The translations under genes were made by a program, and so were the position numbers. This document shows, piece after piece, positions 11,215 to 22,674 of a DNA stretch of 64,000 nucleotides. Below the pieces are notes generated by a model, which had not been told where the DNA came from, did not search any database, and was given only the letters and a program-made list of their open reading frames with translations. The stretch spans positions 372,001 to 436,000 of the forward strand of contig OZ024745.1 of assembly GCA_964016885.1 (NCBI GenBank), in the 5' to 3' direction. Numbering within the stretch: position 1 is the first letter of the stretch; each line of letters starts with the position of its first letter. Source of the DNA: Eledone cirrhosa. Its lineage: Eukaryota.

Positions 11215-11475
11215 CACACTAGACACTTTTGTATTCAGCCGTCACCCTTAGTCTCTATTCTCTGTCATGCATTGAAGGGTCTCGATGTTGTTACCAGTGG
11301 AATATTTGATGTTGTTGGACCAGGATTTTCTTTGTCTCTCCTTCACCCTGCCTCCACTGTGACAAGGAGTTGTGGTGGGATTCATAACCATATCAGGCAA
11401 GCTTCCATCTTTTCACCATCGCAAGGAGTGGCTCCTGTCTGCCAGCATATTTATTAACTTGCTCCCTAACAAAAG
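11215..11475 (-). mobile_element. Decayed RTE 3' fragment (same family as 6815-7140)
   Basis: Shares CAAGCTTCCATCTTTTCACCATCGCAAGGAGTGG and flanking blocks. Confidence 0.75.
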
Positions 11476-12011
11476 CTAAAATATTAAACTAGTTGTTCTC
11501 ACCCTATACTGAAGTCTCTATATTCTATTATCCATGTTGAAAGGTATATACAAGTCCTTGGGGCTGGTGCATAATGCTATTTTGTTTAATATCATTAAAT
11601 AGATAACAGAGACACCTGTAATTAACTCACAATTCTAATATATGATATCCAACAATAGGCAAACTGAAACATAATATATGTTGTCTGAAAACACTAGATT
11701 TCATCCTCAGTTACTAATGTTAAAATCTTATTCAGTCAGTTACAATATATTTTCTCAAGTCAGTTTGTTGGAATATTTTATTGTTGAATAACAAGTTCAT
11801 CTTTACCCATCATCATCACCACTTAACATCTATTTTCCACGCTAGCATGGGTTAGACACGATCATAGCAAATGTAAAGTAATAAAAATGAAAACAACTTG
11901 TTGCTTCCCCTTTCGCTTTTGATTAATACCCAATAGAAAAAATAAACAAATTATTTGTAACTTTAACATTTTATCTCAACTATGAATGAAAGTTTGTGGG
12001 TTAAAAGATAC

Positions 12012-12101
12012 CAATCAATTGTCAGGTGTTTTGGCAAATGCTGCCACCTTGTGGAATTTCTTGCAGTCAATTCAGGTATTTTTTCACCATGTGGTGAATA
12101 C
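12012..12101 (-). CDS. Candidate internal exon (YSPHGEKIPELTARNSTRWQHLPKHLTIDW)
   Basis: Acceptor CATCTACACAG, weak donor TG/GTATCT, 90 bp, one open frame (phase 2-2). The phase does not link directly to the other exons found. Confidence 0.3.
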
Positions 12102-12417
12102 CTGTGTAGATGAATTTAGCATGAGATGAACTATTTATTACATAGCTAGAGTATGTGCCACCCAAGGCTACCTTTCAGTTTGCTCCCACCACACTCAAAT
12201 ATACACAACACACCCCAAAAGTGCCACCCCACCACCCCTTAAAATTGTGAGTGGGGGCAGACCACCAAAGTCTACCCAACCCAGTGATACTACTGTACAT
12301 AACTGCCATTACATGCAGCCTCCTTGGGTCTCATTAAAAGACCAAGACGACAGGGAGTGCAAGACAATATTGAGCCAGCTTTTTGTTGACTTCTCCAGCT
12401 CCATAGTATTATAAGGC

Positions 12418-12660
12418 TTTCTGATTTAGGCACAAGGCCAACAATTTTTGGAGGGGAAAGTCAATTAAATCGACCCAAGTTCATCACAGGTACTTTATTT
12501 TATCAACCCCAGGGCGTTACTGCTACTTTATTGATCCTGTAAGAATGAAAGGCAAAACTAATCTCAGTGGAATTTGAACTCAAAACATAATGGGACATAA
12601 CTATATACCACAAAGCATGTGGTTTGATGCTCTACCAATTCTACTGCCAATCCACCGCTC
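12418..12660 (-). mobile_element. SINE family A
   Basis: GGCACAAGGCC...GAATGAAAGGCAAA...GGAATTTGAACTC. Confidence 0.75.
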
Positions 12661-13217
12661 TTATTGTATTATAATAACCAGACTATACAGTTATTACAAA
12701 GTACTTCAGGTGGGAGCTGTATGTATTGTGACACCTGTTTACAGTTGCTTTAACTGAACAGGTGTTAAGTCTAATAAAAGAGGACATAGACTATACAAAG
12801 CAGACAAGTTAGCATATAAACACCTGACAACACACAAAACATTAATTGTATGAAACATGACCCCAACATGATAAATAATACCTTGATGCTAAACAAAATC
12901 TCATATTAGTCCTGATATAGGCTAGTCTACAGAGTAGCTATATAGAAATAAGACAACTCACTAGAATATTTCTATAGAGACCCATTGACAGTTATGGGGC
13001 ACTGAATGGCCCTCCCCAACTATTTTTCAATTTACTTTTTCTGAAACCTTAGAATTATTCAGAATCAGAGTGACCTCCCAGAATGTTCTATTTATGACAG
13101 TAACCATTCATAGACAAATGTCAAAAACTAAATTCTGAGTTGAAATCCAATGGTGAATAAATTGGATTTTTAGCATGTGACTGTTGATGAATTAGATAGC
13201 AGTAATACGTGAGGTAA

Positions 13218-13376
13218 AGACGGTAAATTGGCAGAGTTATTAGAACGTCAGATGGAATGCTTTTCGGTATTTGTTTTGACTCTCTACACTCTGAGTTCAA
13301 ATCCCACCGAGGTCAACTTTACCTTTCATCCAGTCAAGGTCGATAAAATAAGTACCAGTCAAGTACTGGGGTCAAT
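13218..13376 (+). mobile_element. SINE family A
   Basis: TGGCAGAGTT...GAGTTCAAATCCCACCGAGGTCAACTTTACCTTTCATCC...GTACCAGTCAAGTACTGGGGTC. Confidence 0.75.
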
Positions 13377-13559
13377 TCTTTCTCTGTATCTCTTTCTCAT
13401 GTCCATTCTCTCATTCACTCTATCCTTCTCTTGAAGAAAGCTGCTATATTCAAACCTGGGGAGGACTGGGCTCTACCAGGTTTTAAAAATGCCCTATAAA
13501 TGCCATATGTCAATATGGTGCCTCTACGACTCTACCAGGACTTATGAGTCATGCATGCA

Positions 13560-15620
13560 TGTAATACATGAGGTATAGTATATCATTGTTGATAAAAATA
13601 TGTAATACACGAGGTATATGCCATTGTTGATAAATAGCTGTAATACACAAAGTATAGTATGTTGTTGATAAATAGCTGTTATACATGAGGTATAGTAAAT
13701 TATTGTTGATAAATAGCTGTTATACATGATGTATAGTAAGTTATTGTTGATAAATATCTGTTATACATGAGATATAGTAAATTATTGTTGATAAATAGCT
13801 GTTATACATCAGGTATAGTAAGTTATTGTTGATAAATATCTGTTATACATGAGGTATAGTAAATTATTGTTGATAAATAGCTGTTATACATGATGTATAG
13901 TAAGTTATTGTGTATAAATATCTGTTATACATGAGATATAGTAAGTTATTGTTGATAAATAACTGTTATACATGAGATATAGTAAATTATTGTTGATAAA
14001 TAGCTGATATACATGAGGTATAATAAGTTATTGTTGATAAATAGCTGTTATACATGAGGTATAGTAAATTATTGTTGATAAATATCTGTTATACATGAGG
14101 TATAGTAAATTATTCTTGATAAATATCTGTTATACATGAGATATAGTAAGTTATTGTTGATAAATATCTGTTATACATGAGGTATAGTAAATTATTGTTG
14201 ATAAATATCTGTTATACATGATGTATAGTAAGTTATTGTTGATAAATATCTGTTATACATGAGGTATAGTAAATTATTGTTGATAAATATCTGTTATACA
14301 TGATGTATAGTAAATTATTATTGATAAATAGCTGTTATACATGAGATATAGTAAATTATTCTTGATAAATAGCTGTTATACATGAGGTATAGTAAGTTAT
14401 TCTTGATAAATAGCTGTTATACATGAGATATAGTAAGTTATTGTTGATAAATATCAGTTATACATGAGATATAGTAAGTTATTGTTGATAAATATCTGTT
14501 ATACATGATGTATAGTAAGTTATTGTTTGTTGATAAATAGCTGTTATACATGAGGTATAGTATGTTATTGTTGATAAATAGCTGTTATACATGAGGTATA
14601 GTAAATTATTGTTGATAAATAGCTGTTATACATGAGGTATAGTATGTTATTGTTGATAAATAGCTGTTATACATGAGGTATAGTATGTTATTGTTGATAA
14701 ATAGCTGTTATACATGAGGTATAGTATGTTATTGTTGATAAATATCTGTTATACATGAGGTATAGTAAATTATTGTTGATAAATAGCTGTTATACATGAG
14801 GTATAGTAAGTTATTGTTTGTTGATAAATAGCTATTATACATGAGGTATAGTATGTTATTGTTGATAAATAGCTGTTATACATGAGGTATAGTATGTTAT
14901 TGTTGATAAATATCTGTTATACATGAGGTATAGTAAATTATTATTGATAAATAGCTGTTATACATGAGGTATAGTATGTTATTGTTGATAAATAGCTGTT
15001 ATACATGAGGTATAGTATGTTATTGTTGATAAATAGCTGTTATACATGAGGTATAGTATGTTATTGTTGATAAATATCTGTTATACATGAGGTATAGTAA
15101 ATTATTGTTGATAAATAGCTGTTATACATGATGTAGAGTATGTTATTGTTGATAAATCTGTTATACATGAGATATAGTAAATTATTGTTGATAAATAGCT
15201 GTTATACATGAGGTATAGTAAATTATTCTTGATAAATATCTGTTATACATGAGGTATAGTAAATTATTGTTGATAAATATCTGTTATACATGAGATATAG
15301 TAAGTTATTGTTGATAAATATCTGTTATACATGAGGTATAGTAAATTATTGTTGATAAATAGCTGTTATACATGAGGTATAGTAAATTATTGTTGATAAA
15401 TAGCTGTTATACATGAGGTATAGTTTGTTATTGTTGATAAATAGCTGTTATACATCAGGTATAGTAAATTATTGTTGATAAATAGCTGTTATACATGAGG
15501 TATAGTAAATTATTGTTGATAAATAGCTGTTATACATGAGGTATAGAATGTTATTGTTGATAAATAGCTGTTATACATGAGGTATAGTATGTTATTGTTG
15601 ATAAATAGCTGTTATACATG
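13560..15620. repeat. 41-bp minisatellite, about 50 copies
   Basis: Unit GTTATACATGAGGTATAGTAAATTATTGTTGATAAATAGCT; period confirmed from 13681 to 13722. Confidence 0.97.
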
Positions 15621-16107
15621 ACATTTAATACAGTCAATTTTCTACAGCATAATTTTGTTTAGTAGCAGTAAAGCAATGATTATTATTGAGACAATGGTAG
15701 AGTAATGGAAAAGTCCTCCGATGTGGAATATACAGCCCAGTTTTTGTACTGTGTTGGAAAGAATAAATAATTGAGAAAACCACCACCACCACAACCACCG
15801 TTGTCATCAGAATATATAAATAAATGAATGGCTTGATAGATGAAGAATGTTATTTACAGAGAATTGCAGCAGTTTATAATGAGAGACAGAAATACAGAAT
15901 AGAAGCTTTAAGGAGAAATACAGGAAATTATTCTTCATTTTGTATCAAAGACTCACGACTGACATGATTGATGGATTTTTTATTGTAAGTAGGGGAGATA
16001 ACTGAATCTTGAGTGTTTGTAAGTAGGAAATAGAGGAGAAACTCTATGACTGACACGACAGGAACCAAAGGTGATACTCCATGACTGAGAGGATATGATA
16101 GGAAGTA

Positions 16108-16961
16108 TGTAGTGTAACTAGTTTGAGAGGTAGTTACACTGTAACACCTATGGGTGTAGTGTAACTAGTTTGAGAGGTAGTCACACTGTATCACCTATGG
16201 ATGTAGTGTAACTAGTTTGAGAGGTAGTTACACTGTAACACCTATGGGTGTAGTGTAACTAGTTTGAGAGGTAGTCACACTGTAACACCTATGGGTGTAG
16301 TGTAACTAGTGTGAGAGGTAGTTACACTGTAACACCTATGGGTGTAGTGTAACTCGTTTGAGAGGTAGTTACACTGTAACACCTATGGGTGTAGTGTAAC
16401 TCGTTTGAGAGGTAGTTACACTGTAACACCTATGGGTGTAGTGTTACTAGTTTGAGAGGTAGTCACACTGTAACACCTATGGATGTAGTGTTACTAGTTT
16501 GAGAGGTAGTCACACTGTAACACCTATGGATGTAGTGTTACTAGTTTGAGAGGTAGTTACACTGTAACACCTATGGGTGTAGTGTTACTAGTTTGAGAGG
16601 TAGTCACACTGTAACACCTATGGATGTAGTGTTACTAGTTTGAGAGGTAGTCACACTGTAACACCTATGGATGTAGTGTTACTAGTTTGAGAGGTAGTTA
16701 CACTGTAACACCTATAGGTGTAGTGTTACTAGTTTGAGAGGTAGTCACACTGTAACACCTATGGATGTAGTGTTACTAGTTTGAGAGGTAGTCACACTGT
16801 AACACCTATGGATGTAGTGTTACTAGTTTGAGAGGTAGTCACACTGTAACACCTATGGATGTAGTGTTACTAGTTTGAGAGTTAGTCACACTGTAACACC
16901 TATGGGTGTAGTGTTACTAGTTTGAGAGGTAGTCACACTGTAACACCTATGGGTACAGTGC
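16108..16961. repeat. 47-bp double-hairpin minisatellite, about 18 copies
   Basis: Unit GTGTAGTGTAACTAGTTTGAGAGGTAGTTACACTGTAACACCTATGG; period confirmed from 16141 to 16188. Confidence 0.97.
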
Positions 16962-17589
16962 AAGTGGGGGGGACAAGTGGGTTGATTACATAATATGACT
17001 AACGAACTGTAAATTAATAAAACCATAAGCAACAGACAAGTATTCCATTGAATAGTATCCATTCTGTTATTAGTAAAACCAAATCATGTGAAACTTCCCT
17101 GGTATTCACTTATTTTAATAAGTTCATATAGAAATATAATTATGGATGATTTTAATATGAGAAACTGTTAAGTAATGTTTATTTTAGTTATGTCATTAAA
17201 TTCTTTAAATTTTAAAAATTAATTGATACAAGGACGCTTCAGTTGTGTGAAAATCATAACAACCTCTCCTGTGCACTCGGTAGAACATGAAACCATACAA
17301 TACAGATCCTTGGCCTGTCTGGGAGGTCAGTAGCTCTACTTCAGTACTGACTTGGTCTATATAGACATGTCCAATCCTAGCTAACAGGGAAAGTGGACAT
17401 TAAAATAATGATGATGATGACAATATATTTCATTAGAAATACTATAATGAAAGGGTTACAAATCTCAAGGTCAAACCCTATTCACTTATTGCACTGTACA
17501 CAATAATTTCATTATATATCATTATATTATATTATTCTACATAAACAATTATTCTATAAGTAGAAACAATTATATTATTCTACATATTC

Positions 17590-17935
17590 TGGAGGCACAT
17601 GGCTTAGTGGTTACAGCATTGGCCTTGCAATCAAAAGGTTGTGAGTTCAATTCTCAGACCGGGTGATGTGTTGTTTCCTTGAGCAAGACACTTTATTTCA
17701 CATTGCTCCAGTTTACTCAGCTGTAGAAATGAGATGATAGGGACTGGGGTCCCTATCATTCCACTGCAAAGTGGTCGTGGAGGTGCCACGGCAAAAAAGC
17801 ACCCAGCACTCACTGTAAATGAGGTTGGTGTTAGGAAGGGCATCCAGCTGTAGAAATCAAGCCAGAATTAGTTCCCGTCCCACCCTTGCAAGCAGGGAAA
17901 AGCGGATGTAAAATGAAATGATGATGATGATGATT
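17590..17935 (+). mobile_element. Full-length SINE family B with RTE-derived 3' tail
   Basis: A-box TGGCTTAGTGG, B-box GAGTTCAATTC, CORE-like domain, then GGTTGGTGTTAGGAAGGGCATCCAG and a (GAT)n tail as in the RTE 3' UTR at 62531-62770. Confidence 0.85.
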
Positions 17936-18414
17936 ATTCTGCACTTATTCTCTTAACCTTTCCATTACCATATTTTAATGACAGACATTGTCTGCAATTT
18001 TCAAATATTTTTTTAATAATCAAGAATTTGTGGTGAGGTAATAGTAACTAATGTTGACATTATGGAGCTGGTGTTTGGAACATAAAAACAAGATTCTAAC
18101 ATAAAATTATGATGGAAATGTTTAGATAAATATAAAATACTTTAAAATTGTAAATATAAAATACTTTGTATTGTAGGAACAGAAGCAGTTTCAGGTAGTT
18201 TGGTGTCAAAAAGGTTAAACTTTCAGGAATAATTCCCAGATCCTCTAGGAATGTTGTCTGTAATATATCCTTGCATTGTATGCCCATCTATCACCTGCTT
18301 TATGTCATGAAAACAGAGCTAAGCATACAATATATTTGAACTATGTATATGATTTATTTAGTTGTAGTGCACCTGAGCACTGTACACAATATTTTCATTA
18401 TTATTATTATTATT

Positions 18415-18540
18415 GTGGTTAGGATGTTGGACTTTGATCATAATACCATGGGTTCAATTCCTGAACTGGGTTGTGTGTGGTGTTCTTGAGTAGAACACTT
18501 CATTTCATATTGCTGCAGTCAACTGGATGTCTGAAATGTG
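18415..18540 (+). mobile_element. SINE family B head fragment
   Basis: GTGGTTAGG...GGTTCAATTCC...GTGTTCTTGAGTAGAACACTTCATTTCA. Confidence 0.65.
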
Positions 18541-18879
18541 TGGAATATAAGGAAAGCCACCATCATGAGTTCATGCTATGGTCACTTATCATTAGCCTGT
18601 GGTTGTATATAAAGCAGATGTTATCATCATGACCAATAACTAACTATATTGTCAAGAGGACTCCGATAAGTTATATTCAGCAAGGAAGGAGGTTAATCAG
18701 GTTTTTCTCAATTACTTCACTATGGCTAAAGGAGCAATATGATGAATGGTGTTGAAAAAACTAGAATAAGTAGGGAGGGTTTCAAGGTCAACAAACCCTT
18801 ATAAGATTTGACTAGTATCACTTGAACATCAAGACACCCTTCCTACTTGGCTTTTAGATTCCATATATAAGGAACCATT

Positions 18880-19041
18880 ATAGTTGTGGTAGTAGTTGTA
18901 GTGGTGGCGGTAGTAGTGGTGGTGGTAGTAGTAGTGGTGGTAGGAGTAATAGTAATAATGGTGGTGGTGGTGCTGGTAGTAGTAGTAATAGTAATAATAG
19001 TGGTGGTGGTGGTGCTGGTAGTAGTAATAGTAATAACAGTG

Positions 19042-19077
<36 letters not shown>

Positions 19078-19145
19078 GTATAGTAGTAGTAGTAGTAGCA
19101 GTAGTAGCATCAGCATCAGCAGCAGCAGTAGTAGTAGTAGTACCA
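18880..19145. repeat. (GTA/GTG)n low-complexity tract
   Basis: Direct inspection. Confidence 0.9.
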
Positions 19146-19193
19146 TTATTATAACTCAAACATCATCTAACATACAATAATTTGACAACTTCA

Positions 19194-19428
19194 TCTTTAG
19201 GGTTTATTTCAAGTTAGGTAACTAAAATATCTTTAGGGTTTATTCCAAGTTAGGTAACTAAAATATCTTTAGGGTTTATTTCAAGTTAGGTAACTAAAAT
19301 ATCTTTAGGGTTTATTTCAAGTTAGGTAACTAAAATATCTTTAGGGTTTATTTCAAGTTAGGTAACTAAAATATCTTTAGGGTTTATTTCAAGTTAGGTA
19401 ACTAAAATATCTTTAGGGTTTATTTCAC
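19194..19428. repeat. 36-bp tandem repeat, about 6.5 copies
   Basis: Unit ATCTTTAGGGTTTATTTCAAGTTAGGTAACTAAAAT; 19201 to 19381 is 5 periods. Confidence 0.95.
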
Positions 19429-21046
19429 CTATTTTCTTTCTTCAATAGTTGGATACAAAAGAGACACACACACTCATACACACACACTCATACACACAGC
19501 TATATGAAGTGAATGGTAATAATCAGTTGAATTGAAAACAATTTAACAATTGCTATTAGTCTGTCTGTTAGACTTTCTTTTAGTCTGGCTGTCTGTCTGT
19601 CTGTCTGTGTCAACTGTTGGCTGCCTCAGTCAACTTCATTTGTCATTGAAAACAGAAATTTGGTCAGTCAGTTAATTGTCTGAGACAAACATGACATCAG
19701 TTGACAAAGGGTCAGAAATATATACAATACTACAGCTTAACTGTCAGATATATATACAACACTACAGATTGACTGTCAGATATATATATACAACACTACA
19801 GATTGACTGTCAGATATATATACAACACTACAGATTGGCTGTCAGATATATATACAACACTACAGATTGGCTGTCAGATATATATACAACACTACAGATT
19901 GACTGTCAGATATATATACAACACTACAGATTAACTCTCAGATATATATACAACACTACAGATTGACAGTCAGATATATATACAACACTACAGATTGACT
20001 GTCAGATATATATATACAACACTACAGATTGACTGTCAGATAGATATACAACACTACAGATTGACTGTCAGATATATATACAACACAACAGATTGACTGT
20101 CAGATATATATACAACACTACAGATTGACTGTCAGATATATATACAACACTACAGATTAACTGTCAGATATATATACAACACTACAGATTAACTCTCAGA
20201 TATATATACAACACTACAGATTGACTGTCAGATATATATACAACACTACAGATTGGCTGTCAGATATATATACAACACTACAGATTGACTGTCAGATATA
20301 TATACAACACTACAGATTGACAGTCAGATATATATACAACACTACAGATTGACTGTCAGATATATATACAACACTACAGATTGACTGTCAGATATATATA
20401 CAACACTACAGATTAACTCTCAGATATATATACAACACTACAGATTGACTGTCAGATATATATACAACACTACAGATTGACTGTCAGATATAGATATACA
20501 ACACTACAGATTGACTGTCAGATATATATACAACACTACAGATTGACTGTCAGATATAGATATACAACACAACAGATTGACTGTCAGATATATATACAAC
20601 ACTACAGATTGACTGTCAGATATATATACAACACTACAGATTGACTGTCAGATATAGATATACAACACAACAGATTGACAGTCAGATATATATATACAAC
20701 ACTACAGATTGACTGTCAGATAGATATACAACACTACAGATTGACTGTCAGATATATATATACAACACTACAGATTGGCTGTCAGATATATATACAACAC
20801 TACAGATTGACTGTCAGATATATATACAACACTACAGATTGACTGTCAGATATATATATACAACACTACAGATTGACTGTCAGATATATATACAACACTA
20901 CAGATTGACAGTCAGATATATATACAACACTACAGATTGACTGTCAGATATATATACAACACTACAGATTAACCATCAGTTAGATAGATATACAGTACTA
21001 CAGATTGACTGTCCGATAGATCAGTCAGATATATATATATATATAT

Positions 21047-21397
21047 AAATTATTTAGCCTGATAGTGGGGTTAAGAACCCTCGGAGAAATGGAAAAAGAT
21101 GAGTATTGACGTACATGGGAGTCGAACCCACATCTTTGGTTATCCGGACCACTGTGCTACCATTTACACCAACACATGTGATGTGTTGGTGTAAATGGTA
21201 GCACAGTGGTCTGGATAACCGTAGATGTGGGTTCGACTCCCATGTACGTCAATACTCATCTTTTTCCATTTCTCCGAGGGTTCTTAACCCCACTATCAGG
21301 CTAAATAATTTCTTTAATTTCTTCAGTCAAAATACGGCGATAGCTTAAATTTCTCATAATTTCAAACCCACTCGCTGTTTCGAAAAATATTCTTACA
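21047..21397 (+). mobile_element. Palindromic tRNA-headed insert in (TA)n
   Basis: 131-bp inverted arms (21047-21177 and 21181-21311) with 3 mismatches and a 3-nt spacer, plus an 86-bp unique tail. (TA)n lies on both sides. Confidence 0.8.
21180..21251 (+). tRNA. tRNA-like cloverleaf (pseudo-tRNA or SINE head); inverted copy at 21107-21177
   Basis: Acceptor GATGTGT/GTACGTC+A (three G-U pairs); D-stem GTGT/GCAC with A-box TGGTGTAAATGG; anticodon stem GTGGT/ACCGT with loop CTGGATA (non-canonical T37); T-arm GTGGG-TTCGACT-CCCAT; TTTTT about 10 nt downstream. Confidence 0.6.
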
Positions 21398-22074
21398 TAT
21401 ATATATATAACACTACAGATTAACCATCAGTCAGATAGATATATATACACAACACTACAGATTAACCATCAGTCAGATATATATATATATATATATGTAT
21501 ATACACAACACTACAGATTAACCATCAGTCAGATAGATATATATACACAACACTACAGATTAACCATCAGTCAGATAGATATATATATATATATACAACA
21601 CTACAGATTAACCATCAGTCAGATAGATCTATATACACAACACTACAGATTAACCATCAGTCAGATAGATATATATATATACACAACACTACAGATTAAC
21701 CATCAGTCAGATAGATATATATATATACACAACACTACAGATTAACCATCAGTCAGATAGATATATATATATATACACAACACTACAGATTAACCATCAG
21801 TCAGATAGATAGATATACACAACATTACAGATTAACCATCAGTCAGATAGATATATATACACAACACTACTGATTAACCATCAGTCAGATAGATATATAT
21901 ATATATATATACAACACTACAGATTAACCATCAGTCAGATAGATATATATATATATACAACACTACAGATTAACCATCAGTCAGATAGATATATATATAT
22001 ATATATACAACACTACAGATTAACCATCAGTCAGATAGATCTATATACACAACACTACAGATTAACCATCAGTC

Positions 22075-22115
<41 letters not shown>

Positions 22116-22180
22116 ACACTACAGATTAACCATCAGTCAGATAGATATATATACACAACACTACAGATTAACCATCAGTC

Positions 22181-22225
<45 letters not shown>

Positions 22226-22674
22226 ACACTACAGATTAACCATTAGTCAGATAGATATATATACACAACACTACAGATTAACCATCAGTCAGATATATAT
22301 ATATATATATATACAACACTACAGATTAACCATCAGTCAGATAGATATATATACACAACACTACAGATTAACCATCAGTCATATATATATATATATATAT
22401 ATACAACACTACAGATTAACCATCAGTCAGATATATATATATATACAACACTACAGATTAACCATCAGTCAGATATATATATATATATACAACACTACAG
22501 ATTAACCATCAGTCAGATAGATCTATATACACAACACTACAGATTAACCATCAGTCAGATAGATATATATATATATACAACACTACAGATTAACCATCAG
22601 TCAGATAGATATATATATATATATATACAACACTACAGATTAACCATCAGTCAGATATATATATATATATACAA

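Noticed and set aside
18164-18267. Possible exon TTFLEDLGIIPESLTFLTPNYLKLLLFLQYK
   Set aside because: Weak donor and acceptor, and the phase does not link to the preceding candidate exon.
21180-21251. Functional tRNA-Ser(GGA) gene
   Set aside because: It has many G-U pairs, T at position 37 and no long variable arm, a GGA anticodon is atypical for eukaryotes, and it is embedded in a mobile palindrome. Kept only as tRNA-like.
21295-21335. Minus-strand CTGAAGA...GAAA in the palindrome tail
   Set aside because: No helix II or helix I complementarity, and it is antisense to the inferred element.
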